From Setoptus koraiensis (lineage: Eukaryota > Animalia > Arthropoda), in NCBI GenBank assembly GCA_048013815.1, contig CM106586.1:16492001-16556000 (forward strand): a DNA stretch of 64,000 nucleotides, written 5' to 3'. The translations under genes were made by a program, and so were the position numbers. A model generated the notes under the pieces. The model was not told where the DNA came from, searched no databases, and saw nothing but the letters and a program-made list of their open reading frames with translations. Shown here piece after piece: positions 1-11,534 of this stretch. Positions within the stretch are counted from its first letter, which is position 1. Each line of letters opens with the position of its first letter.

Positions 1-78
1 TTGACTGGCGCTGCTGGCGCTGTTGTGTTGTGTTTTGTTTTGTTGTTTGCGCCAACCGTTACTGGCAACAAACAATAG

Positions 79-3000
79 ATGCACCTATCAAATGCCACTC
101 ACGTTCGCATGCTCAACGCAAGCTGGGACACCGAGGGCTCCTATTCGTGCGAAATATCCACGCAAACGCTGAGTAGCGTTAAAATGGATAAAGATATCCG
201 TCTATATGGTGAGTATGTAACTAATGAATTTTGCAGCTTCCAATGGGCTCCTGGGCCAGCGCAAGCCGCCAGCCAGCAGGCCAACTGATCAGTCGATCAT
301 TAACTGCAACAATCGAATGGTTCTCGTAGTTGCCACTTGTAGTTCTGCCCGCCGGCCGACAGGTGTCTGCAGTTTTTGCGGGCCGGCAGTTTTTGCGGGT
401 CGGCAGTTTATGCGGGCCGGCGGTTTTTGCGGGCGACAGTGGCGCACACAGAGCAACATTCGACTGCCATTTGGGGCTCCTCCTTCACGCGCCGCTTGTT
501 TTCAACTTTTCCTCTCAACTTCAACCCGCTCCCGTCTGTCACTCGTCCTCTCCCACGCCCCGCCGACCGAAACGCCTCTGTGGCCACCGGAAATGCGGCT
601 CGACATCCGCCGCGACCCGACCATACGCCGCGATCCGACCATCCGCCGCCACCCGGCAATCCGGCGAAACAACGACGACAACAACGGCAACAATGACGGC
701 AACACCAGTGCTGCCGCGCCAGCCGCTCCAAATGACCGGCATGAGGGCCCACTACTCGATGGGCGACTCCGTCGAGCTGACCTGCCTCACCGACTACAGC
801 CACCCGGCGGCGGCCGTGGCCTGGTTCATCAACGGACACCTGGTGAGTAACGCCGCAAACGAGACGCCCCACGAAGCCAATTATTATGCAATTGTCACAA
901 TCATAATTCAATTTGCCAATTTGTCAATTTGTCAATTTGTTAATTTGTTAATTTGTCAATTTGTTAATCTGTTAATTTGTCAATTTGTGTTTCTGCATGA
1001 ATGTAAATGTTTTCCCATAAATGCAAATGTTTTGCCGAATGTCGCCCATCAGATCGACGAGCAGTTCGAGCAGCGCCACAGGCACCAGCACCTCGGGGCG
1101 CTGTCGCTCAACAAGAGCTTCACCTACAGGGGGCGCCTGCACCGGACCCAGGCGGCGCTCCAGTTCAAGCTGACCCACCAGCTCGCCATTGAGCTGGCCC
1201 GGCCCGGCGCGAAACAGCAACCGGCTGACGGGCAACAACCGCAGCAACAACCGCAGCAACAACAACAGCATCAACAACAACAACAACCACCAATCGACAT
1301 CAAGTGCATGTACAAGCTGGCACAGATAAGCGATGTGACGTACAACGAGCTGCAAATTGTGCCGCACAATTGGGACGCACCCTCCAAATCGTCACTGTTG
1401 CACGCGTCGAGGGGCCCCAAAAAGAACGCGAATCGGCACGTCGCCGAACGCGACGCGCAGGTGAGCAGCACAGAGCGCAAAACGAGCCGCCTTGGGGCCG
1501 CTAGCAACGTGAACAGCGCCACAACGGATGTCTCGTCTTACCCGAGCGACAGCGACAACGAGATTGGTGGCGCGCCCCAGTCAACGTCTCACCACCGGCC
1601 CGCTGACGGCGACAACGGCGACAACGGCGACAACAGCGACAACAACGACAATGGCGACAATGGCGACGACGGGCATGAAAAAGCGCACCGGAAACGAGAC
1701 TGGAGAGCCGAAAAGCTGGATGCGGCCAATGGCGAGCCGAGCGCCGCTGCGACAAGCGGCGAGGGAGACTCGTCACGGGCCGACCCGACAGTGGCAATGA
1801 GCGGGCCGACAGAGGTTTTATTGTCGGATGAGCGGGCCAACTCGGCGCTCAATTGCGCGTTTACGATCGGCGATCCAGGAAACGGGCGGCCCGTTGCCAG
1901 TTGCGAGCGCGACGAGCGGCCAGCGGCGAACGCGGGCGCCAATCTCAGTGCCGCCGAGGGCGCTCTTAATGACGCTGGCCAGGGTAGTAAAATTTCGGCC
2001 GGCCCGTCGTCCGGTATAAGCGAGCTGAGCGACGCCGCACCAACAGAGCGGACAATTGTGACAAATATTGATGAGGGGCCGTTACTGTTTAACGGCGCCG
2101 GGCACAATCGGTCGTTGCCGGCGACGCGGAGACGCGCCGAGCGAGACTTGCCGACCGCAAGCGGCGCGGGCCGGCAGCCGCCGCCGCCGCAACAGCAAGA
2201 GCCGGTCGCGCTGCTCGACTGGAAACAAGAGCGCCGCGTGTGGCAGTCGGCGGCCAGTTTAAACTCGCCCCAACTGATACTGAACAGATTGATTGCGCAA
2301 CAGCAGCAGCAGCAGCAGCAGAGGCGCCAATTAGAGGGGGGCAGCGGCGGCGCGCCGAGCAGTTGCTTGCACGGAACCATATCGTTGAATCACAACGATC
2401 CCGTTATTTCGCTCGAAATGGGCGCGCAGCAGCGCCAGCCCGAGTCGAGGGCCGGCGGCTGCGACCCGGGCCGGCAAAATTGTCATCCGGCGGCTCAAGA
2501 CAACAATTATGCGGCGCCCATCAACGAGACCTCGTTTGAGCCGTCGGGACGCCGAGCGGCGGCGTCGGTCGGCGGCGAGCGTTCCCGCCGGACCCCGGTC
2601 GAGCCCGGCAGCGCCGCTCAGCCGGCAGCGCCAGTTTATGAGCGCGCGTTTATGAGCGCCGGCGACAAACCGCAACAAGCGCAGCACAACCCCTCGGCGC
2701 AGTTGAGCGAGTGTGCGGACGCCGGACTTCCGGTTGCGGCCGCAACGATGCAGCGAGCGTCATCGAGATCAGCCGACCAGTCGCACGAAATGGAGTTAGC
2801 GGGGCCCGCCGGCGCGACGGGCAGCGACGAGCTCGGCACGACGACGGGCAGTGACAGCGTCGGCCCGACGACCAGCGACAGCGTCGATGGCGCGGACTCA
2901 AAATTAGATCAAGTTGCATTTACGGCGGCCAGTGTAATTGGCGTGCAAGACGACGGCGGCAGCCCGACCGCGACAACCGGGCGCACCGACGGCAATTTTA

Positions 3001-6000
3001 GTGCCACTGACCAGCGCCCGTCGGCCGAATTGCCGCGTCAGCAGCGGGCCCACGTAAGCGGCGGGCCGGCGCAAACAGTTAATAGCAGCACATTAGCATC
3101 GTTTAATTTGCTGTCGGTGCGCCCGTCTCAGGTAACGGCCGCAACGAGCGGTCCGGCGACGCACGCCGTCAGCGCTGGCAACGCGCCGTTTGCGTTACGT
3201 AATGACAGTGGCGCGGATAACGGACACACTCGTAACGACACGAGCGACGGGGGCGACGCGAGCCACGCGAGCCACGGGAGCGAGCGGCCGGCGACAGTAA
3301 ATCGTGACACTGATTCTAGTTATGATAACAGCAGCTCGCCGGCGTCGGGGGCGCGCAATCGATGCCGATCATCAAATGATGTAACAACTGGCATTAGCAG
3401 CTCATTAGAGTCGACGATCGGCGCGCCTAATTATGTAACCGATACACCAATTGTGATAACGACGACAACGACAACACCAACAACAACAACAACAACAACA
3501 GCGACAACAACAACAACGGCGAGCCGATCTAATTATAAGCGACGCCAAACGCGCCAACAGCCGGCAACGTTCGCGCCCAGCAAGCCCATCAAGGCCAAAA
3601 TCGGCCAGTCGATCGCGGCCGAGTGCGCCACAATGGGCAAGCTCATCGAGTCGAGCCCGCAACTCGTGCACGGGTTCGCCTACTGCGGCCTCGGCCAGCC
3701 GCCCCAGTTGGCCGGCCACAATGACGCAACAATGTCACAAGCACACTGGCCGAGCGCCAGCACCGGAAGTGAGCTGCGCCAATTGACCATAAGTGGCAAC
3801 AAAACGGAACAATGGCCGCCGAGTCAGGTGGCGCCGCACTCTATTAGCGGGCGGCAGCAGCAGCAGCAATTGTTGTACGGGCAGCGGACTGGGCCGGCCC
3901 GCCAGCCGAGCTCCAACTTTAACAACAACTTCAACGCCAACAACCACAACAACAACCACAACAACAACCACAACAACAACCACAACGGCAACACCAACAA
4001 CAACCACAACAACAACTACGGCAACAACAACAACAAACAGCGCCAACGCAACAACAATAAACTAATTGCGCTGAGCCCGGCGAGCGCGGCCCCGGCGCCG
4101 TCTTGGGCGCACCAGCGCCAGCAGCGGCCCGCCTCGGCGCCCCTGCTGCTCAACGACCCCAACAACGACAACAACCACGGCCAAATCAAAATGGCGCCCT
4201 TCGTATCGAGCAGCCTGTTCAACGGCAACAACCTGGCGCCAGGTGACAGCGCGGACAGCGCCGCGAGCGGGCGCCCGCTGCAAAATTGGTCACACTTGTC
4301 TGATTACGGCGATTACGGCGACCGGTTGCAAAGCCGTCACCGTCGGCGACACGCGCCCGACCAGCGCCGCGACCGTGCCGCAGATAATCATATGCTATCG
4401 AGCGGCCCCGCTGGCCCCGTTGGCCCCGCTGAGCCGGCCCGGCCGCGCGCGCAATCACAAAATGCGAGCGCCGCTAATGATAGCTTGCCGGCGCACAACA
4501 ACACAAACGAGCAGCCCGGCAGACACACGAGAGAGCAGCCCCGCCAGCAGCAATTGCCTTACCGCGCCGCAAACTATCCGCTCCGCCAGCCGACTTGGCC
4601 AACCGTCCAGCAGCCGCGGCGCGGCCACGATTTTCAGCCGGCCCGCCACTTGGCCCCGGGCAACGCTAACCCGAGCGGCACCGCGAACCCGAGCGGCGAC
4701 AACCAGCAACAATTGCAGCACCACTTTGCCTGGCTGCACTGGCACCAGCAGTACAACGAACAGGAGTCGACGGCCAGCGACGCCTCCGCCGCGCACAGGA
4801 AGTGGGCCGGCGGCGCGGCGCGACAAGTGGCACTTGCGTCGCTACACGACGACCCGAGCATTGGCATGCCGGAAAACGGCGTCAGCAGCAGCAACAACAA
4901 CGACATCGCCGCTGCAGCGGCCGGCGGCCAACTGGAGGCGCCGCCATATCTCGAATGGTTCATTAATAACCATGAGGTAAGTTGATTAATGATTACACTT
5001 GTCTCGCTACCTGGCGCTAATTTCCAGCTACGCTCTCGGGTGGCGCGGCCCTCGCAGCGGCCCGCGCCGCTGGCCCGCGCTACTGGCCCGCGATACTGGT
5101 TCGGCGCCGGGGCCGCCGGACCAGTAGCGCGGTCACGAGTGGCCGGTGGTCGGCTGACGCGGTGTATCAGTTGTGCCAGCGCCGGCTAATCCGCGTGCGG
5201 CCCGAAGCGCCCCCGAGCCGCACGCACATCGCTCGCTCGCGAGGCGAGTCGCGACAGCGGCAACGGGCGCCATCGGCGGGGCCACTGGCCTATAATTTAG
5301 CCGATAGACAACGCAGTGATGAGTATTGTGCGCGTAGGCGTGACTTTAATTAGACTTTCATGCTAGCTTTATTCTATTCATTGGCCGCCACCGAGCGACA
5401 CTGGACGACCGGACGACGCCAGCAGCGTTACGTTATGTAATGTGTGTGTAGTCCATAATAGTCGCATAATCACATAATAATAACAATAATAGTAATAATA
5501 ATACGCGCAAAGCGCTTCTTTCAAATAGTGCCATCAATAATATGATCATTAGGCTCTTTGGGGCCGCTCTCGGGGGCGCCAAAGCACGCACCCGTTTATT
5601 TATAGAGCCGGTCGGTCGTGGATAGAGAGTCGCCTATCTCTCATCTGGCTGGATTATGTCACACATTGAGTCGGTCATTCAGTGGCAAAAGGCGCACAAA
5701 ACTAACTGCGACGGTCGACCATGATCGAGCGATCAATACCAATATGTGTACCAGTATGTGTGTCAGTGTAAAAAGTCGATATGGCTTAACTTTTTGTTTG
5801 CGACTTTTGTGTTTGCACACTGCGACGCTCCTCGCATGGGGGCCCCGGGCTTGTGTTGTTTTGTTTTTGCGCCAACCTTCCGATGCGCCAAGGCGAGAAC
5901 CGCACCAACGGCAGCCAGTTGTCGTCTTGATCGGGCGCCATTCGTCTTTATCACCTCGCCCGCCGCCAATGAATAGCGCCAATGAATAGCGTCAATGTTA

Positions 6001-7324
6001 CATAACACACATAACAGTTATGTAACTGTGTGTTATTCAGCGGCGCACAAACAATGCGCGACTTATGGATAATCGCCTATCATGATTGATCAGCCATTCG
6101 GCGCGCCAGCCAGCCAGCCATATCTGGCATTCGAATCATATCCGCACTATCGCCCGTATCATTTGGACATGCTCACATTTTTGTCTTCTCGTGCCACCGT
6201 TGGCTCGGCTGCTGCTCGAGCGTCTTTAATTTATATATGTCTGGCTGCATTGTCTATCGGCAATACAAATTCTCTGCAGCTTCGCGACTGGCCAAGATTA
6301 CATCTAGCCGAGTCTTCATCGGAGCCGGCCACAGACGGTGGCCATCGTCGCAAGCTCTGTGACCGTCGCCAAACGGAGCCGGGCCGACCGAGTGGCGGGC
6401 CACGTCTACCCATAGGTCGCACTTGCCGTGTGCTCAATTTGGCCGGTCGGACCCAATATCCGGCCGGCCAAATTGAACTGACAGGCACAACACTAACACT
6501 AGCTCAGTTGGTGACAAATTCCTCTCTGGCTCCCGAGCTTCGTTCATGCAAACTAACCAAAGCTAAATGCCTCAATCGACTTTCTCTCCTCGCTTTCGTC
6601 CCTTTTGACCCTTTCGCAGGCGCCAAAATCCGATCTACAGGACCAGTTCAATCTGACATCGCTCAATCTAAGATCCGATCACGACTACGGCGACTACTTC
6701 TCAAATTTTCAACATCGTCCCCTGAACCCCTCGCTGGGCATTGAGTTTGTGCTAGGCAAGAAGCACTTTATGGTGAGTGTCGGCGCTAAAAGATCCAACA
6801 ATTTCCACTCCTGTTTCCACCATTAGCCTCTACCTTTGAACCTTTGAACTCACCATACACGAAGGCAATCACTCAACAAATTTGTTCTCGCCCCTTCAAT
6901 CCACACCTATGCGAAACACCTTTGCGAAACCGTACCCCCACTTTCAAATTAACAACGCCAGACGCCGGACGGAACGCTCAAACTGAGATGCAGCTCCACT
7001 CAGGCCCAGGTGATATATGTGGATAGTGTTGAATTCAGTCTAATTAGTTACGATCATTACGAGAGCGCACTGTCGGACCAAGCGGCCATTGCGAAACAAC
7101 AGCAACAGGATCATCGTAGCGGATCGTCGTCGCCGTCAGTGCTGTACCCGAGCGTTGGTTCCGCTGGCAATATTGCAACTAGGACAGCTTTCAGCAAACA
7201 ATCATCACCGGCGTCCGGCCAAAACATTCTAGAACCGTGGTGGTGCTTTTGTGTGGCGATGACCGCTGCCGCAACACTGCTGTCGTCTATAACAACAACA
7301 ATCAACGTCCATGTAACATGCTGA
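79..7324 (+). CDS. Beaten-path (Beat)-like immunoglobulin-superfamily cell-surface protein, 5'-truncated by the window edge; exons 79-208, 709-842, 1053-4976, 6620-6772, 6962-7324 (~1567 aa in window)
   Basis: All junctions are GT-AG with compatible phases (donors GTGAGT 209, GTGAGT 843, GTAAGT 4977, GTGAGT 6773; acceptor AG ending at 78, 708, 1052, 6619, 6961). The spliced protein gives the end of an Ig-V domain (DTEGSYSCEIST), a Beat-type second Ig domain (YSMGDSVELTC...WFING...LQFKL...IKC), a further C2-like half (WFINNHE-APKSDL...LGIEFVLGKKHF-TPDGTLKLRC...VIYVDSVE) and a hydrophobic C-terminus. The family call is from motif recognition, not a database search. Confidence 0.8.
369..435. repeat. 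17-bp minisatellite (GCAGTTTTTGCGGGCCG) x4 in the intron at 209-708
   Basis: Four near-identical units read directly. Confidence 0.85.
909..988. repeat. 8-bp tandem repeat (AATTTGTC/AATTTGTT) x~10 inside the 210-nt intron 843-1052
   Basis: Read directly; it produces the QFVNLLIC repeat in the unspliced ORF. Confidence 0.85.
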
Positions 7325-7363
7325 TAACTGCTACCAGTAAAGCACGCACCTTGTATATTACAT

Positions 7364-7369
7364 AATAAA
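7364..7369 (+). promoter_or_regulatory. Poly(A) signal AATAAA of the Beat-like gene
   Basis: Canonical hexamer 40 nt after the TGA stop at 7322-7324. Confidence 0.55.
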
Positions 7370-7491
7370 TACAAGTATTTAGTGTTTGTGTGTGCAGTTG
7401 TAATTTATTTTGTTTGTTGCAACTTTACAAAAACATTCAGATACTTGTGGCGGTATAACATGCATTGCAAGTGTGAATAGTATAAATATAC

Positions 7492-7492
<1 letters not shown>

Positions 7493-7543
<51 letters not shown>

Positions 7544-7567
7544 GAGGGACAGAGAGAGCAAGAGAGA
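7493..7567. repeat. (GA)n microsatellite between the converging Beat-like and DCAF6 genes
   Basis: About 37 GA units with few interruptions. Confidence 0.95.
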
Positions 7568-7726
7568 TGGAGGCCGCTCTAGTATTTTACTAGCAGTCAC
7601 ATAATGATGTATTAGTGATAGTTACAATAGTAATAATCGTAATTGTAATAATAATTATAATAATATTAATGATCGTGTGTCTGTGTGGTAGTAAAGGCAA
7701 TCATTGAACTGATTCAATCACCATCA

Positions 7727-10156
7727 TCACTCATATCTAATGTCCAGGCCCTCGTTGACGTTACCATTTTCCACTGCCATTAAGCGCGCGCTGGCCAACG
7801 AGGTCAACAATCTAAAGAAAACATGGGGCGGCATTACGATTGTGTTGGAGTCTTCGCGAATCATTTGTTCGTTGATCTTGACAATCTTTTGTTTCTTTTG
7901 TTTTTTCATGCACAATGGCTCAAGTTCCTGAAATTGTGTTGACCACAATTTTATGTCATAATCAATACCGCTAGTGGCCAAACAATAATGCATCGGATTA
8001 GGCGCAATACAATTGACCACTCGTTCGTCGCCCTGAAAAATCATCACCACCTCGCCAGTGTGCTTGTCCCACATAAAAATATGTCCACAATCCGAACCGC
8101 TAACAATGTAGTCGGTGCCCCAGAATGTGGCCTCGTTGATGGCCGTGCGACAATTCCTGTGGCCCTTGAACGTCTTCTTGGGCTGATATGAGGGTATTTG
8201 CATGACGGCCTCCAGGGTCTTCCTGAAGGATTGACTAAACTTTAATTTGGTGGCCTCGGATATGTTCTTGCCGCGCTTGTTGGCGGCTTGTGGGGCGGCC
8301 TGTTGTTGCTCGCACGGCCGCGACGATGTGGATACACCGGCCTCGCTGCGCATTCTGGTATCACCACTAGCCGATCTGGTATCAGTCAGTCGGACATCGG
8401 ACAATTGATTCGGACGATCTGTGGCTGCGGCTGTTGCAGCTGACGGTGCCACGTCTTGCTGGCGGCCCCCGAAATACCATTCTTCTGCCAGGCTGTCGGC
8501 GTGATCTTCTTTGTCTTCTTCATCGTCGTCGTCGTCTTCCTCGTCGTCGGCCGTATCATTATCGTCAGTCTCATCGTCTGTTGTAAAGCTAAATGTCTGA
8601 TCCCAGAGAAATTCCACCGGTGAACTGGTGCTCGTGTTGTCCCTCCTCCTGGCGGCTCTGTCTGGTTGTTGTGCGGCCGCCGGCCGCGCGGAAGACTCCG
8701 ACTGATTGGGCCCACTATCCGCCGGCGGTGTGGCCGAGCTGGCGCCCCTATTAAGTATGCTGCGTATATCAATGAAGACCGGCGGGCCGGGCACATTGTT
8801 TCTCACTGTGCGCAATGACTCATTTGCGGCCCTGGTGACCCTACTCATAAAGCTTTGTCTCTGGTTGCCGCGCGTCTCTTGTTCCACATCGGACTCGCTC
8901 TCGTTGCTGTCGAACGGGCCCATGGGCCTGCTGTAGGGGCCCGTGTCGGACCAGTCGCCGCGCACCCTGAACGTGCGCCGTTGCAGCTCGGCCGCTGGCG
9001 ACTTGGCCGAATTGTGGTTCGGGGGCGCCGCCGGTTTTCGTTTCGTTGCGTCATCGTCTGTTTCCTGTTGTTGTTTCGCTGGCCCATAATCGGCGCCGCC
9101 ACCGTTCAGTCTGTCAATACATTTGTTTAGTGTTACATTGGAGCTACGGTCAACGTTGAACAAATAAATATAATCCGACGAGTATGAGGCGAGAACTTCG
9201 CGCCCATCGGCCGAAAAACACAATGACGTAAATCTGTGCTTATCAGTAAATCCAGGCACTGTAAATTTGGCCACTGCGCCATGGGCAGGATGATTGAGCC
9301 TCTTGACTCTATTAATAGACCTATTGTGCTCGGCGGCATTATTATCACCTGTTAAAGTATATGTGTTGGTGGTGGCCTCATCGTCGTGGCTGTTACCTGT
9401 AGTGGTTATTTGATGCTTACTATACGATAAATCACTATCCTTTGATATTTTGCGCCTGTCAAACAGGACGCCTATTCCGTCGCTGCGACCCACTAGGAAT
9501 TGTTCTGGATTAATGGGATTTATTGAGATGGTTGTGGTGGGGTAGCCGCTCCTAATTAATATGTTCTTCTGACAATTGGGACTTAGACACGATTGGGTGG
9601 TTCGCAAATCAAACAGGCGAATTGTTTTATCCTCGCTGCAGCTCATAAACACGCTGGGCTGATCGTAAATGGGCGCCACCTCGTAACAAGTGAACTTGTG
9701 ACACTCAAACAAGCACGTACCGCTTGTCTCGGGCGAATTGACGTCCGTCACTATAATGGAGCCATTGCTACTGCACGAGCATATAGTTGTATCACTGGTG
9801 AATGGCATGAATTGAGCGCTGAATATGTTGGCTCGGTGACCGCTGAGTATTTTGTGTTTTACAATAAAGTTTTTCTCATTGAAATCACACAAATTGGGCT
9901 TTGTTATGCACAAATTAAAATCGTCCGACCCAGACAATATGTAATCGCCGCTCCAATTCCAGGCGAGCGTGTTGACGCAACCCTCGTGCACCAGCATCCG
10001 TCTCTGGCTGCTCATCTGATACATGAAGGGCCGGTGATTTTTGACTAGTGTGGCCAGACGATCGTTTAGGTGGTGCCTGTCGCCGCCCCCGATGAAGCGG
10101 CCCCGTTTCACGTACTGGTACAGGGACGACGCCTGGTGGTCCCGTGCCGATGCCAT
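7727..10156 (-). CDS. DCAF6: DDB1- and CUL4-associated factor 6 (WD40-repeat protein), intronless, 809 aa
   Basis: Contains DCAF6-type blocks: HEGCVNTLAWNWSGDYILSGSDD, SGHRANIFSAQFMP, FTSLCFSADGREVLASYSSDYIYLF, RVRGDWSDTGP, and KGHRNCRTAINEATFWGTDYIVSGSDCGHIF...SGIDYDIKLW. There is an acidic low-complexity middle region. Confidence 0.92.
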   Translation of the reverse strand: MASARDHQASSLYQYVKRGRFIGGGDRHHLNDRLATLVKNHRPFMYQMSSQRRMLVHEGCVNTLAWNWSGDYILSGSDDFNLCITKPNLCDFNEKNFIVKHKILSGHRANIFSAQFMPFTSDTTICSCSSNGSIIVTDVNSPETSGTCLFECHKFTCYEVAPIYDQPSVFMSCSEDKTIRLFDLRTTQSCLSPNCQKNILIRSGYPTTTISINPINPEQFLVGRSDGIGVLFDRRKISKDSDLSYSKHQITTTGNSHDDEATTNTYTLTGDNNAAEHNRSINRVKRLNHPAHGAVAKFTVPGFTDKHRFTSLCFSADGREVLASYSSDYIYLFNVDRSSNVTLNKCIDRLNGGGADYGPAKQQQETDDDATKRKPAAPPNHNSAKSPAAELQRRTFRVRGDWSDTGPYSRPMGPFDSNESESDVEQETRGNQRQSFMSRVTRAANESLRTVRNNVPGPPVFIDIRSILNRGASSATPPADSGPNQSESSARPAAAQQPDRAARRRDNTSTSSPVEFLWDQTFSFTTDDETDDNDTADDEEDDDDDEEDKEDHADSLAEEWYFGGRQQDVAPSAATAAATDRPNQLSDVRLTDTRSASGDTRMRSEAGVSTSSRPCEQQQAAPQAANKRGKNISEATKLKFSQSFRKTLEAVMQIPSYQPKKTFKGHRNCRTAINEATFWGTDYIVSGSDCGHIFMWDKHTGEVVMIFQGDERVVNCIAPNPMHYCLATSGIDYDIKLWSTQFQELEPLCMKKQKKQKIVKINEQMIREDSNTIVMPPHVFFRLLTSLASARLMAVENGNVNEGLDIRYE

Positions 10157-11534
10157 TCTAGCAATAACAGCTGACTATAATATTCCTCTTATTGTTGTTG
10201 TTGTTGTCGTTATGTATCCTTGTATATAATTTTTTTTGGATGGTTTTTTGATTTCTCTCGATTGAATTGGTAATAGATACTGGGTACTGGGTATTGGATA
10301 TTGGATAATAGAAACGTTGCTTTGTGTCGCGACTAAGACGGCTTGCGCACCAATGAGCAGTGAGCTCTTCAATCATTCATCGTTGTTAACCCTTTTTTTC
10401 TACTTTTGCTTTTTCTTTTGCTGGTGCTTCCTACCAATGCCCTAACGATGCACATCCCAGCCAATGGTCGCCAAAACAATCATGCCAATAAATAGACAGA
10501 TAATAATATGTGTGTAATCAATAATAATGAAACGATGAATCTTGTTGCAATTATTTCTGCTCCGATACTCGACTAGTGCAAGGCTTGTTACGACGCCACA
10601 TCATTTGTAACTCATATCTGACTGTGTGCCCTGCATTGCTCTTACTGTAATACATTATGTAATAATAATAACGTTGTTTGTGTGTTTGCGTGTGTGTGTG
10701 TTGGCGTGTCTATGGCTTTGTATGGTATGTTTTTAATCGAAAGACGACAATGAAAACAAACTAATAAAATAATAACAACAACAACAACAACACAAGCAAA
10801 CAGATGAGATTGCTCTAGCGGGCCAATGACAGGTTTTTGCCTTTCCTCCGACATGTACAAACAAAATGAGCACACGGCACAGTTTTACATTTCGCTACTA
10901 GCTGCGCATGATTCGTCTGTGTCAAACGCTCGCTTTCAATCCTTCGAGAACGTTCAATTGCTTGCTACAAACTTGATTGGTTTCTCTTTGCTCGGCCTAT
11001 ACCAGCCAAAATCACGAGCTAATTGACAACTTTGTTGTTCTACCTCAAACGGGCCAATCCATACTGTACCTATCTTGCAACCTGCCAAGTGAGAATTATG
11101 ACCAACGACCGTGTGAATCCAAAGCCATGGTTGTTCTTCCCTTACGACTCGTAACTCACGAGAGCGACTTTTGCCGGATGCAAATCGCTAAAGTGATCAT
11201 GCTAACAGTTCGACACGTCGACTAGTTATGTCACTTCAGCAAATGTTTCGCAATGAAACTCAACTCCATTCGATTGAGATCGAACGCATCCGAGACTGCA
11301 TGCATGCTCGAACGAAAGCTTAAGCTTTCTACTTCCATCAGATTCTATCAGAAAACATTCCCGCTGTGACTCTCTATAAGAAATATTTCACGGGCCAAAT
11401 CTATGTTATCAATGCTATTATTATATTATTTTTTATTTTAAAATAATTATTTACGAGATCATCGAATTAAAGGTATGTGTGAGTCTATAGATCTGACCAC
11501 AATCAAACAGTACTCTTCATGGTCAAAAAGCGAT

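Noticed and set aside
330-708. Start of the 1551-aa ORF as a real N-terminus
   Set aside because: It begins at a non-ATG codon inside the 209-708 intron. Splicing 208 to 709 gives a continuous Ig sequence (RLYVLPRQP), so this part is intronic read-through.
9593-10048. 151-aa antisense ORF inside DCAF6, and similar shadow ORFs over other genes
   Set aside because: No recognisable domain; these are expected by-products of a coding opposite strand.
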